A program made the translations under genes and the position numbers. From a virus, in the IMG/VR virus record IMGVR_UViG_3300042691_032331, positions 31,133 through 95,132 of that record: a stretch of DNA of 64,000 bases. One strand, written 5' to 3'. Below, one piece after another: positions 9,359-19,035 of the stretch (its first letter is position 1; the number at the start of each line of letters is the position of its first letter). Below the pieces are notes generated by a model. That model saw nothing but the letters and a program-made list of their open reading frames with translations, searched no databases and was not told the origin of the DNA.

Positions 9359-9945
9359 GTTCTATTTTTAATTACTTGATCAGCAAGTCCATAATCAACC
9401 GCTTCCTGAGCACTCATAAAAAAGTCACGTTCCATGTCTTTTTGTAGTTCTGGAAAAGTTTTGCCCTTGCTATTGTGGTTTACATAAATTTCTGTTAGAC
9501 TGCGCTTCATCTGCAAGATTTCTTTTACTTGAATTTCCATATCAGTAGCTTGACCTCTTGCACCACCTGAAGGTTGATGAATCATGTGTCTTGCGTTAGG
9601 TAGAATAAAGCGTTTACCACTAGCACCGCTGTTAGCGAGAAGTGAACCCATGGAACAAGCTTGCCCCATAACGATTGTGGAAACATCAGGCTTAACAAAC
9701 TGCATAGCATCGTAAATAGCCATGCCAGCTGTAACACTGCCACCCGGGGAGTTGATATATAATTGAATATCTTTCGTATCATCTTCGCTTTCTAGGAACA
9801 ATAATTGTGCTACAATTAGATTTGCCATTTGATCGTGTACTTCGCCCTCAAGCAAGATTACACGGTCACGTAGCAAACGTGAATAAATGTCGTAACTACG
9901 CTCACCTTTACTGGTCTGCTCAACTACGATTGGTACTAAACTCAT
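9355..9945 (-). CDS. clpP: ATP-dependent Clp protease proteolytic subunit
   Basis: [26 protein letters not shown] (catalytic Ser), MIHQP and ERD motifs. Confidence 0.96.
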   Translation of the reverse strand: MSLVPIVVEQTSKGERSYDIYSRLLRDRVILLEGEVHDQMANLIVAQLLFLESEDDTKDIQLYINSPGGSVTAGMAIYDAMQFVKPDVSTIVMGQACSMGSLLANSGASGKRFILPNARHMIHQPSGGARGQATDMEIQVKEILQMKRSLTEIYVNHNSKGKTFPELQKDMERDFFMSAQEAVDYGLADQVIKNRT

Positions 9946-9987
9946 AAACTGTCCTTTTAATGATAAATATAAGATTGATATTATACT

Positions 9988-11124
9988 ATGAGATACAACG
10001 AATTTTCAAGACATTTGGTTGAAAGTGCCGACAAACCCAGAATAGAAACACTATTGCGTCAAATGGGTTACGAGGACCTTAAGGTAAATGGAAACAAGAT
10101 TAATGTTCTTGTTCAGATACCAGACGGTCAAAAGAAGAATGATTTTCGTAGAGCGGTATTGGACGAAATCTTGTCGGGCTTACAGAAAAAAGCAAGTGAT
10201 ACTAGCCCAGAATATAGCAGTGATGCATCACTAAGTAGTTTGGGTGGAATTATATTTGCTGATAGCCCAGTTAAGATTGTAGTTAAAGACACAGGAAAAC
10301 AGGGTGAGAAAAGCGCAGGCGTAGCTAATGAATTAGAGTTAGCAAGTATATTACAAAGTGTTATTGAAAAATATGGCACAGCAAATATAATATTCAAAGA
10401 CCCACGTGGTAAAACTATTAAAATCAAAAATGCTATTGAAGTCGATGTTGCGGGTCGTGATGTGAAAGATCGTAAGAAAGCAGATGTAGTAATCAAAAGT
10501 GAAAGAAGTAATCTACCTGTAAGTATCAAAAAAGTAGATGCTGACATGTGGGAGAGTGCTGATAGCATGTTTGGTGCTAGAGCAAAAAGAATATTAGATA
10601 AACTTATTGCAGATAAGATTGTTAAACTTGAAAAAGTAAAAGAACGAAAAACAAAAGAAGGTTCTATTCCTGTATACAAATTAAGCAAAGAGATTGTAAT
10701 GGAACCAACTGAGGAAGAAGCAATGAACGCTATCTTTGGGTCAGATATTAATCCAAAAGGTGGAGTAGTAATTCAAACTTTCAAGCCAGAACATTTTACA
10801 CAAGTAGAAAATAATGTAGAAGTTGATTGTCATGCTGTAATCACCAATAAGGAAGATATTCCTGAAAGCCATTTAATGGTGTGGATACTACGCAATGACA
10901 GTGACAGAAATAGTAAAGAACTTGGCTATGCAGGTATACGTCCATTAGGAGTCACACTAACAAGGGGCATCGGAGCTAAAGGAACTAAGGACGTTATTCT
11001 AGTAGATGTTAATGGGAACGTAGTTGATAACCCTAACATCAAAAAAGATGACAAGAAAATGCAGAAAAATCTACCTAAGCCCGAAGTTGGAAGTGAAGAA
11101 GCAACACGTAAAAAACGTGACTAG
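9988..11124 (+). CDS. Putative PD-(D/E)XK-like nuclease with a capsid-targeting-like N-terminus
   Basis: ANE...KKADVVI...VSIKK pattern; N-terminus [12 protein letters not shown]; GATAAATA box at 9962. Confidence 0.45.
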   Translation: MRYNEFSRHLVESADKPRIETLLRQMGYEDLKVNGNKINVLVQIPDGQKKNDFRRAVLDEILSGLQKKASDTSPEYSSDASLSSLGGIIFADSPVKIVVKDTGKQGEKSAGVANELELASILQSVIEKYGTANIIFKDPRGKTIKIKNAIEVDVAGRDVKDRKKADVVIKSERSNLPVSIKKVDADMWESADSMFGARAKRILDKLIADKIVKLEKVKERKTKEGSIPVYKLSKEIVMEPTEEEAMNAIFGSDINPKGGVVIQTFKPEHFTQVENNVEVDCHAVITNKEDIPESHLMVWILRNDSDRNSKELGYAGIRPLGVTLTRGIGAKGTKDVILVDVNGNVVDNPNIKKDDKKMQKNLPKPEVGSEEATRKKRD

Positions 11125-11615
11125 CATTTAAATAAGTCTTGATTACTAAACCAACGGCGCATACTATGCGCCGATTTTAATGGGATGTTGTATTGTTCTA
11201 ATTTTTCTCTAAATCTAAAGAAAGTAGGACCATGACTCATTACTCCGTTCTTCCCCCAAAGTAATCTTTTAGGTGTCTCTATATCCCACTGATGTTGGTG
11301 AACCATTTCGTGTGCAATGATAGCTACCATCCATTGAGCACAAAAGAATTTGTCCATTAGTAATATATCACAGTAGCTTCCAGATTTTTGCTGATCCCAA
11401 TGCCCTACACACATTCCCCAATATTTTCTTCTGTATCCTGCAACTTCAATATTGGGTACGCTTAGTTCACTATCAAATATTTCTTCATTTAATAGTTCAT
11501 AGACATAATAAACTTCCGTAAGACTGGGACGAAACTCTAACCGCTTCTGGGAAGTCAGACTAGGAAGGGGAAATGACATTATTTCCTCCAGACAATATTT
11601 CGTCAACTTTGCCAT
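11121..11615 (-). CDS. SprT-like zinc metalloprotease
   Basis: LNEEIF, IAHEMVH and HGPTF motifs. Confidence 0.8.
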   Translation of the reverse strand: MAKLTKYCLEEIMSFPLPSLTSQKRLEFRPSLTEVYYVYELLNEEIFDSELSVPNIEVAGYRRKYWGMCVGHWDQQKSGSYCDILLMDKFFCAQWMVAIIAHEMVHQHQWDIETPKRLLWGKNGVMSHGPTFFRFREKLEQYNIPLKSAHSMRRWFSNQDLFKC

Positions 11616-11679
11616 ATAAATATTTATTTAAAAAATAGCAAATATTCCAACCCTGTTAAATACTACAAAGGAGATTAAA

Positions 11680-11937
11680 ATGTTAGATTTCGTTAAAAAA
11701 TTATTTGGATTTAGTACGTCAAAACCTACTGAGCCACAAGCGCCCTATAAAATAGAGCCTCAATTAAACCCAGATAGTAATGTTATTAAAGTAGACGTTG
11801 GTAATTTGCAACCTGAGCAAGCAGTACAGGAAGTCGAAAAAGTAGTAGAAAAAGTGAAGAAGGAACGCACTAAAAAAGCTACAATAAAATCCGAAGAAAA
11901 CGTAGAAGTTAAAAAGAAGAAAAAACCTAGCAAATGA
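11680..11937 (+). CDS. Small Lys-rich hypothetical protein
   Basis: AAGGAG SD; basic C-terminus. Confidence 0.55.
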   Translation: MLDFVKKLFGFSTSKPTEPQAPYKIEPQLNPDSNVIKVDVGNLQPEQAVQEVEKVVEKVKKERTKKATIKSEENVEVKKKKKPSK

Positions 11938-12305
11938 TGGTACCTAAGTTTCTTATTAAGATACCAGAAGTTACTTTACAGAATCCATGCCGTCTTAACA
12001 TAGTAATTTTTGGTATGCTAGGAGCATGCCAAACTGCTCCGCCATCTGTACCCGTATCAGTGTTTTTAGAGCAAGGTGATACTCAACTTGTTATATCTGA
12101 AAAAATAACTAATCGTATAAGTGAAGAATTTATAAATCCTATATTTCAAGATAGAATTTTAACAAATAATAATGATGGTACTATCACCATCCAATTAAGC
12201 GAAAAAGATAAAGTTATATATGAAAATGTAGGATGTGATGTAATTATAAACCAAATTGAAGATCAAGGTCTAAATTTTATAGTAGAAAGAATTGATAGTC
12301 AATAA
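11934..12305 (+). CDS. Hypothetical protein
   Basis: ATGA-coupled to the upstream ORF. Confidence 0.45.
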   Translation: MMVPKFLIKIPEVTLQNPCRLNIVIFGMLGACQTAPPSVPVSVFLEQGDTQLVISEKITNRISEEFINPIFQDRILTNNNDGTITIQLSEKDKVIYENVGCDVIINQIEDQGLNFIVERIDSQ

Positions 12306-12320
12306 AGTATAAAGTTCTTT

Positions 12321-12328
12321 TATAAATA
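12321..12328 (+). promoter_or_regulatory. T4-type late promoter TATAAATA
   Basis: Exact T4 late consensus immediately before the ORF at 12334. Confidence 0.55.
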
Positions 12329-12333
12329 CTAAT

Positions 12334-13032
12334 ATGATGATTTTTGGGTTTGACGTTATAAGTGACTTGAATCTTGGTCCAGATGATGAGTTTGACTGGA
12401 CTAATAAACCTACCAGTCTATTTTGTGTTATTCCCGGTAACATATCAAGCGATCTTAGAACCATCTACAAAACACTAAAACATTTAAGCACTATGTACCA
12501 TGGTGTTTTTTACATTGATGGGTCACTAGAAATTACAGATATCTATGAACGTGATTTACGTGTTAAAGAATTACAAAAGATTTGTACCAACTTCAAAAAT
12601 GTAATATATCTACATAACAATGTAGTAGTTGTTGACGGTGTAGCATTAGTGGGAATAAACGGCTGGTACAATAATTATCTTAATAATTCAATTGTAGATG
12701 ACTTCCATGCAAAATGCTTTAGATTCGATGACATTGGTTATTTAGAAAAGACCATAGAAAAACTACAAGTGCATCAAGAAGTTAAAGCAATAATTATAGT
12801 AAGCAACTGTGTGCCCTTCAAAGAACTATACTTTGGAGAATGTAATATGGGGGATGAAGATATTAACCCAGGCTATGTTCTTCACAAAGACACAGAACAT
12901 AAAGTCAAGAAGTGGGTCTATGGGACTTATGATAAAATAGTTGATACCACTGTTAACGGTATCAACTATATCAACAACAGTAAATTTAACAAAAATCCTT
13001 ACTACGCAAAAAGAATAGAAATTGCTATTTAA
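12334..13032 (+). CDS. Degenerate calcineurin-like phosphoesterase
   Basis: VISDLNL, IPGNI, GINGW and KWVYG align with the metallophosphoesterase fold, but the His ligands are lost. Confidence 0.55.
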   Translation: MMIFGFDVISDLNLGPDDEFDWTNKPTSLFCVIPGNISSDLRTIYKTLKHLSTMYHGVFYIDGSLEITDIYERDLRVKELQKICTNFKNVIYLHNNVVVVDGVALVGINGWYNNYLNNSIVDDFHAKCFRFDDIGYLEKTIEKLQVHQEVKAIIIVSNCVPFKELYFGECNMGDEDINPGYVLHKDTEHKVKKWVYGTYDKIVDTTVNGINYINNSKFNKNPYYAKRIEIAI

Positions 13033-13334
13033 GCTTCTGATTCAATTTTAATTTGTAGTGGGTAACCTTCACTACGTGCTTCTACTGTAACCTCAATGCC
13101 CTTTTGTTCAGCAATTTCATAGGGTAATACAGCAACAACAGCACTACCTGTTTCATGTATTCCGGATGTAATCGTAGCAGCGGTATCTACGGTATAATCA
13201 AAGTGTTCTATTAAACTTTTCACTACAAAATCCATTGTTGTATGATTATCATTTATATAGATGACCTTGAACATAGGAGGTTCACTAAGTTTGAAGTTTG
13301 GTTTAATTTTAGCTCTTGTTTCTGTTTGTGACAT
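13029..13334 (-). CDS. clpS: Clp protease adaptor ClpS
   Basis: PPMFKVIYINDNHTTMDFVV...IHETGSAVV...YEIAEQK...YPL. Confidence 0.93.
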   Translation of the reverse strand: MSQTETRAKIKPNFKLSEPPMFKVIYINDNHTTMDFVVKSLIEHFDYTVDTAATITSGIHETGSAVVAVLPYEIAEQKGIEVTVEARSEGYPLQIKIESEA

Positions 13335-13352
13335 TTTATACCCTTAGTTAGC

Positions 13353-13376
13353 GAGAGAGTAGTCGCCTACTCTCTC
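13353..13376. other. 10-bp perfect hairpin between hsp20 and clpS
   Basis: gagagagtag-tcgc-ctactctctc; no clear U-tract, so possibly an mRNA-stabilising or processing stem. Confidence 0.5.
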
Positions 13377-13400
13377 TATTATTTAAGAACTTCTATTATA

Positions 13401-13841
13401 CTATTTATTGTAATTTATTGCAATCGTCTTTGGTTTCTTTTCTTCTGGAATTTTGCGTTCCAAATATACGGTAAGAATACCATTTTTCATACTTGCATCA
13501 ATTACTTCTACATGTTCATGTAGAGGGAATCTTAGGGTAAAACTTCTACGACTTAAACCTCTGTGAATATATTCCCAGTTTTCAGCGTCAACATTAACGT
13601 GATCACCCGAAATAGTTAATTTTCTCCCATCTACTGTTACAGTAAGTTCGCCTTCTTCAAAGCCTGCAACAGCAACTTCAATAGTTACAGTATCTTCACC
13701 TGTACTAATTAAGTTGTATGGAGGGTAATTATTTGTTTGTGTGCTTGCTCGTATAATGTCATCAAACAATGATTCAAAGCCGATTCCAAATCTACGAACT
13801 GTAGGAATGTCAATACTACGTAAAGTTAATTCTCTTGTCAT
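13401..13841 (-). CDS. Small heat-shock protein (Hsp20/IbpA family)
   Basis: IGFE, NYPPYNL, IEVAVAGF, YIHRGLS and NGILTV motifs. Confidence 0.94.
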   Translation of the reverse strand: MTRELTLRSIDIPTVRRFGIGFESLFDDIIRASTQTNNYPPYNLISTGEDTVTIEVAVAGFEEGELTVTVDGRKLTISGDHVNVDAENWEYIHRGLSRRSFTLRFPLHEHVEVIDASMKNGILTVYLERKIPEEKKPKTIAINYNK

Positions 13842-13900
13842 TTTATATCTCCTTTAATAAGCAAGATTATATAGGGCCCGCCCCATGCGGCACCCTATTT
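13839..13900 (-). promoter_or_regulatory. ROSE-like RNA thermometer in the hsp20 5' UTR
   Basis: AUCUU-G-CUU pairs with AAGGAGAU (SD) with a bulged G; a GC-rich hairpin lies upstream. Confidence 0.65.
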
Positions 13901-13903
13901 TTA

Positions 13904-15793
13904 TTAAGCAGGTTCAGTTTCTTTAAACTCTGCATCAACCACGGTTTCATCCTTAGGTTGTTCTTTTTCAGCCTTTTCAGCTTCAAATTTCTTACCAGTG
14001 ATAGGACCCATAGCTTGATACAAGTCAGTAACAGACTTATTAATTGCTTCAACGTCCTCACCCTTCAATGCTTCTTCTACACCTTTAAGTGCATCTTCTG
14101 CCTTTTGTTTTTCTTCAGGTGTAACTTGATCACCGTACTTTTCAACGTCCTGTTTAAAACCGTTGTATGTTGACTCAGCACCATTACGTGCATTAATCAA
14201 CTCAACTTGTTTTTTGTCATTTTCTGCATTTTCTTCTGCTTCTTTGACCATACGTTGAATTTCTTGTTCATTCAAACCTGAATCAGATTTAATTGTGATT
14301 TTATTTTCTTTACCTGAATCTTTATCTTTTGCACTGATATGCATGATACCATTTGCATCAATATCAAAGGTAACTTCAATTTGAGGCAATCCGCGTGGTG
14401 CAGGACGAATTCCTTCAAGATTAAACTCACCTAATTGTTTGTTATATTGATAAAGTTCACGCTCACCTTGTGCAACTTTAATTGTTACAGCAGGTTGATT
14501 ATCTTGTGCTGTACTAAATGTTTGACTAGCCTTTGTAGGAATAGTAGTATTCTTATTGATTACTTTTGTGAATACACCGCCTAGTGTTTCAATACCAAGA
14601 CTCAATGGTGTAACATCAAGTAGCAATACATCTTTACGATCACCTGCAAGAACTGCACCTTGTACCGCAGCACCAACTGCAACTGCTTCATCAGGATTTA
14701 CATCACGACGAGGTGCCTTACCAAAAAGTTTTTCAACTTCTTCTTGTACTTTAGGCATACGTGTCATACCACCAACGAGGATGACTTCATCAATATCACT
14801 AGAATTTACATTTGCATCACGCATTGCAGTTTTGCAAGGTTCAATACTGCGTTGGATAAGTTCATCAACTAATGATTCAAGTTTAGCACGTGTTACTTTA
14901 ACATTAAGATGTTTAGGTCCAGTTGCATCGGCAGTAATGTAAGGTAAGTTTACATCTGTTTGTTGTGTACTTGATAGTTCAATCTTACATTTTTCAGCCG
15001 CATCTTTCAATCGTTGCAATGCTAATACATCTTTTGTTAAATCAACGCCAGTTTCTTTTTTAAATTCATCGACAAGGTAATCCATAATGCGTTGGTCAAA
15101 ATCTTCACCACCTAAGAATGTATCACCATTCGTAGACAATACTTCGATTTGCTTATCACCATCGACATTTGCGATTTCAATTATACTAATATCAAATGTT
15201 CCTCCACCAAGGTCATATACTGCAACCTTGCGGTCCTTCTTGTCAGCCTTATCTACACCGTAAGCTAGTGCAGCAGCAGTTGGCTCATTAATAATTCTTA
15301 AAACTTCTAAACCTGCAATTTTACCTGCATCTTTAGTTGCTTGACGTTGGCTATCATTGAAATATGCTGGTACTGTAATAACTGCTTTAGTAACTTCTTC
15401 GCCTAAATAATCCTCAGCAGTTTTCTTCATCTTACGTAAAACTTCTGCACTAATCTGAGGAGGTGCATATTTCCTATCATCGACTTGAACCCATGCATCA
15501 CCATTATCGTTTTCAACAATGGTATATGGCATAAGATCAATATCTTTTTGTACTGCTTCTTCTTTAAATTTACGCCCAATTAAGCGTTTAGAAGCATAGA
15601 TAGTTTTCTTTGGATTTGTTACTGCTTGACGTTTTGCGCTTGCACCCACAAGAACTTCATCAGGTGTATATGCTACAATACTAGGTGTAGTTCTAGCACC
15701 TTCACTGTTTTCAATTACTTTTGGATTTCCGTTTTCAATAACGGCTACGCATGAATTTGTGGTACCCAAATCGATACCGATGACTTTGCTCAT
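13904..15793 (-). CDS. dnaK: Chaperone DnaK (Hsp70)
   Basis: [25 protein letters not shown] and LVGGMTR motifs; full length. Confidence 0.98.
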   Translation of the reverse strand: MSKVIGIDLGTTNSCVAVIENGNPKVIENSEGARTTPSIVAYTPDEVLVGASAKRQAVTNPKKTIYASKRLIGRKFKEEAVQKDIDLMPYTIVENDNGDAWVQVDDRKYAPPQISAEVLRKMKKTAEDYLGEEVTKAVITVPAYFNDSQRQATKDAGKIAGLEVLRIINEPTAAALAYGVDKADKKDRKVAVYDLGGGTFDISIIEIANVDGDKQIEVLSTNGDTFLGGEDFDQRIMDYLVDEFKKETGVDLTKDVLALQRLKDAAEKCKIELSSTQQTDVNLPYITADATGPKHLNVKVTRAKLESLVDELIQRSIEPCKTAMRDANVNSSDIDEVILVGGMTRMPKVQEEVEKLFGKAPRRDVNPDEAVAVGAAVQGAVLAGDRKDVLLLDVTPLSLGIETLGGVFTKVINKNTTIPTKASQTFSTAQDNQPAVTIKVAQGERELYQYNKQLGEFNLEGIRPAPRGLPQIEVTFDIDANGIMHISAKDKDSGKENKITIKSDSGLNEQEIQRMVKEAEENAENDKKQVELINARNGAESTYNGFKQDVEKYGDQVTPEEKQKAEDALKGVEEALKGEDVEAINKSVTDLYQAMGPITGKKFEAEKAEKEQPKDETVVDAEFKETEPA

Positions 15794-15857
15794 ATTGTAT
15801 TCTCCTTAAAATTAAGCAAGATTTTTACTGTAGACCTGTTTACAGCAGCATCTACAT
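15791..15857 (-). promoter_or_regulatory. ROSE-like RNA thermometer in the dnaK 5' UTR
   Basis: UCUU-G-CUUAA pairs with UUAAGGAGA; upstream hairpin UGUAGA...UCUACA. Confidence 0.6.
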
Positions 15858-15905
15858 GTACTTATCTATTCTACACGACTGCGTAAAATAATATAATATT
15901 ATTGG

Positions 15906-16124
15906 TTAAAATTGTTTTGGGGGCAATTGCTGATCACGCAAAAATTTACGCCAGCGACTTCTTGCCTGACCTTTCTTCATTTTGCGTTTAGTTGTTGGTT
16001 TTACATATTCCATACGATCACGTACTTCCTGTAGTATTCCAGATTCTGTGACTTTTTTCTTTAACTTTCGTAGGGCTTTCTCTACATTACCGTCTGTTAC
16101 TATAATTTTTCGTCCTGATATCAT
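15906..16124 (-). CDS. rpsU: Ribosomal protein bS21
   Basis: NVEKALRKLKKKV...GILQEVRDRMEYVKPTTKRK. Confidence 0.9.
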   Translation of the reverse strand: MISGRKIIVTDGNVEKALRKLKKKVTESGILQEVRDRMEYVKPTTKRKMKKGQARSRWRKFLRDQQLPPKQF

Positions 16125-17320
16125 TTTAATGGTTTTGGATTAATAACCTGCTCCTTGTCTATATTTATTGTTTTAATCTTTTTTTTCTTATAGTTGCGGG
16201 TATTAAACATGTGACACATCAAAACACGCTCAATTTCTGTATGCAAACCACGGGCGCCCGTTTTCAATTTCAGTGTATTTTCTGCTATTTGATCTAGTGC
16301 ATCCTCTGTGAAGTTAAGTTCAATATCGTCCAACTTTAGCAAATATTTGTATTGAGCTACGTAATTGTTTTTAACATCCGTAAGAATTTTAATTAGTTGC
16401 TCTTTATTCAATTCTTCAACACTTACTGTAGTTGTGAATCTTCCTATAAACTCAGGAATCATACCAAACTTAGTAAGGTCATCTGGGGTAACGTCACTTA
16501 ACTTTCCTTCTTTTTTGTTGTCCTTTATAGTAGCTCCAAACCCAATACTAGTACCACTTATTCTATTTGAAATAACATCTTTAAGCCCAACAAAAGCACC
16601 GCCACCAATAAACAGAATATTTTTGGTATTAATTTCATTCATCTCTGAATTTGGGTGTTTCCTACCTGTGCTGGACACTCTGCAAACTGTGCCCTCTACT
16701 AATTTGAGTAGTGCTTGCTGTACACCTTCACCACTTACGTCACGGGTCAAACTTACATTTTCACTTTTACGGGCGATCTTGTCTATTTCATCTACAAAGA
16801 TGATTCCACGTTCTGCTAATGCTTTATCACCGTTCGCTGCATTTACAAGCATGTTAATCATGCTTTCAACATCGTCACCAACATAACCCGCTTCAGTTAG
16901 TGATGTTGCATCAGCAACTACGAAAGGGACCTTAAGATACTTTGCTGCTGTTTTAGCCAATAATGTTTTACCTGAACCAGTTGGTCCAATTATAAGCACA
17001 TTGCCTTTTTGTATTTCTAAATCCTTAGGAGGATTATTAATACGCTTATAGTGATTAGCAATTGCCACGCTAAGAACAGTTTTAGCATCGTCTTGTCCTA
17101 TTATATGTTCATCTAGAAAGTCTTTAATACTTTCAGGATCATATTCAGGTTCTACCTTATTTTGATCCTCTTCTGTTTCGTCAACGATTAGTTCTTGGCA
17201 TAATTCAACACAATCACTACATATAGCAACGCTGCCTCCTACTACTAATTTTTTGACGTTATCCTTATGTGAACCACAAAAACTACAATGATTAATTTGT
17301 TTTATTTCTTCAGTCATCAT
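16121..17320 (-). CDS. clpX: ATP-dependent Clp protease ATP-binding subunit
   Basis: CSFC/CxxC zinc domain, GPTGSGKT, EAGYVGDDVE, DEIDK, RKHP, IGF loop and GARGL. Confidence 0.96.
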   Translation of the reverse strand: MMTEEIKQINHCSFCGSHKDNVKKLVVGGSVAICSDCVELCQELIVDETEEDQNKVEPEYDPESIKDFLDEHIIGQDDAKTVLSVAIANHYKRINNPPKDLEIQKGNVLIIGPTGSGKTLLAKTAAKYLKVPFVVADATSLTEAGYVGDDVESMINMLVNAANGDKALAERGIIFVDEIDKIARKSENVSLTRDVSGEGVQQALLKLVEGTVCRVSSTGRKHPNSEMNEINTKNILFIGGGAFVGLKDVISNRISGTSIGFGATIKDNKKEGKLSDVTPDDLTKFGMIPEFIGRFTTTVSVEELNKEQLIKILTDVKNNYVAQYKYLLKLDDIELNFTEDALDQIAENTLKLKTGARGLHTEIERVLMCHMFNTRNYKKKKIKTINIDKEQVINPKPLK

Positions 17321-17336
17321 TGATATACTTATCTTT

Positions 17337-18356
17337 TTAGCAATCGCCTCTAAAATGTTTAAACTTTATCCTCACACTTCTTTTGAGTAGTTCAATGTTT
17401 GGATCGTTAGGTCTAAAAATAAATTGTGCAGCGCCCTCAAAAGTCTCATTACCACGTATTACAACAGGACTGGTTATATCTACATTAGGTGAATATAGAC
17501 CGTTTGGAAGAAAAGCATATCCACGATAATCTTTACCACATGCACTTGCTACTACATTATTTTTATTATCATATAATTTAACAATTACTGACAATGGTCC
17601 TGATATAATTTCATGGATCATTTTCGCCCTAGTATGGTCATTAAAGTAGTAAGTATTTGTTTCACCAAACAACCATGCTTTAGGATCTTTACTTTGTACT
17701 GCTACAACACGTTGTACCACATTTCTATTTTTGCCATCGCTTGTCACTTTTAAAACTTCATTAAGTGCAACCAAATATTTGTAATTATATTTCATTTCAA
17801 AATGAACTTGGAATACTGCACTGCGGTCATCCAGCAAACCCCAAACACTTTCTGTTTGATTTACTTCAAATCCATTTGTATTAAAATCATACATAATAGA
17901 TTGTAATAGTTCATCACCAGTTTTTCTATCTTTATTATAGGTATCATATTGTGTAGCCATTCTATCACCGTCTACACTTTCATCTTTGCCATATGATCCT
18001 AAAATTCTTTCTGCAATTTTACTACTTTTGACATTGGCTTGGATAGTTATTTCAATACCATCCTGTGTATTTTTTTGACTAATAATTTTAAAAGAATCAA
18101 TATATCCTGCACTATGTGTAAGAATTTTGTCTTTTACTAGTTTTTCATTTTTCGTTTCTCTAGTAGTCATTACCACAGTGCCTACTACAAAGTCAACTGC
18201 ATTTTGAAATGCATTATACTTTGCCTCTTCTAATGTGGTACCCAAACCATTTACAACTACGGTTTTTACTTCGCCAGTAGAACCAGATGTTTTTTCAACC
18301 GCATTGGAAATACATGCTGCACATAGCAGCATGTATACTAGAATAAATTTTTTCAT
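17337..18356 (-). CDS. Secreted/lipoprotein (LPP20/FlgT N-terminal-like)
   Basis: Signal peptide; GLGTTLEEAKYNAFQNAV motif. Confidence 0.5.
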   Translation of the reverse strand: MKKFILVYMLLCAACISNAVEKTSGSTGEVKTVVVNGLGTTLEEAKYNAFQNAVDFVVGTVVMTTRETKNEKLVKDKILTHSAGYIDSFKIISQKNTQDGIEITIQANVKSSKIAERILGSYGKDESVDGDRMATQYDTYNKDRKTGDELLQSIMYDFNTNGFEVNQTESVWGLLDDRSAVFQVHFEMKYNYKYLVALNEVLKVTSDGKNRNVVQRVVAVQSKDPKAWLFGETNTYYFNDHTRAKMIHEIISGPLSVIVKLYDNKNNVVASACGKDYRGYAFLPNGLYSPNVDITSPVVIRGNETFEGAAQFIFRPNDPNIELLKRSVRIKFKHFRGDC

Positions 18357-18967
18357 TTGAATTTTTTACCTAGGAAACTAGCACCCAAATCACTATCCTT
18401 GTCCCAACGAATAGTTACGCTTACTTCTTGGTCACCGACAACTTCTTCTTTGACCTTTTTAAAACCTTTTAAAATAGTCTCAGAATTTGTTCTGATTGTT
18501 TCAGTTAGTTTTTGTGAGGTTTCATTACTTGCATTACGAATTTTAATATTTTTGGCTTCTGTATCTGTCATTGAAACTTCTTCATCGGTAAGATTTCCTG
18601 CTTTAATCTTATCTTCAGCCTTTTCAATATTTTTAGTTATAACAGATTTAACAGATTCTTTAGTAACTCGTAAGTTTACAAAATCAGAAACGTTACCGTA
18701 TGCATTCATTGTTGCACTTTTGAGTCCCTCTTTTCTATTTGATACTGTGCCACCAAATGTAGGTGCTGTACCAACGGCTTCGATAGCTACCACTTCACAG
18801 TCACTACCCAATCCAAACCATGAACATTTTGTTTCTACTTTGATTTGCTCACTTACAAATTTTGTTGCAAGTTTTTGCTCATGAATAAAAGGTCCACCTA
18901 CAGATTTGGTAGAGGAACAAGCTGATAGTGCAAGTACCATTGACATTGCTAAAAGTTTAGTTTTCAT
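18353..18967 (-). CDS. Lipoprotein (LPP20-like)
   Basis: Lipobox LSAC. Confidence 0.65.
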   Translation of the reverse strand: MKTKLLAMSMVLALSACSSTKSVGGPFIHEQKLATKFVSEQIKVETKCSWFGLGSDCEVVAIEAVGTAPTFGGTVSNRKEGLKSATMNAYGNVSDFVNLRVTKESVKSVITKNIEKAEDKIKAGNLTDEEVSMTDTEAKNIKIRNASNETSQKLTETIRTNSETILKGFKKVKEEVVGDQEVSVTIRWDKDSDLGASFLGKKFK

Positions 18968-19035
18968 AAAATCCTCATGGATTAGTTAAGAATAAACATT
19001 ATATTACTTTTGGTAATTAAAAGCAATTATTTTGG

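Noticed and set aside
9355-17320. Idea that the window is a bacterial chromosome because of clpP/clpX/dnaK/rpsU
   Set aside because: Gene order is non-bacterial, and the surroundings (PolB, clamp, T4-like RNase H, late boxes, dense small ORFs) are those of a large phage.
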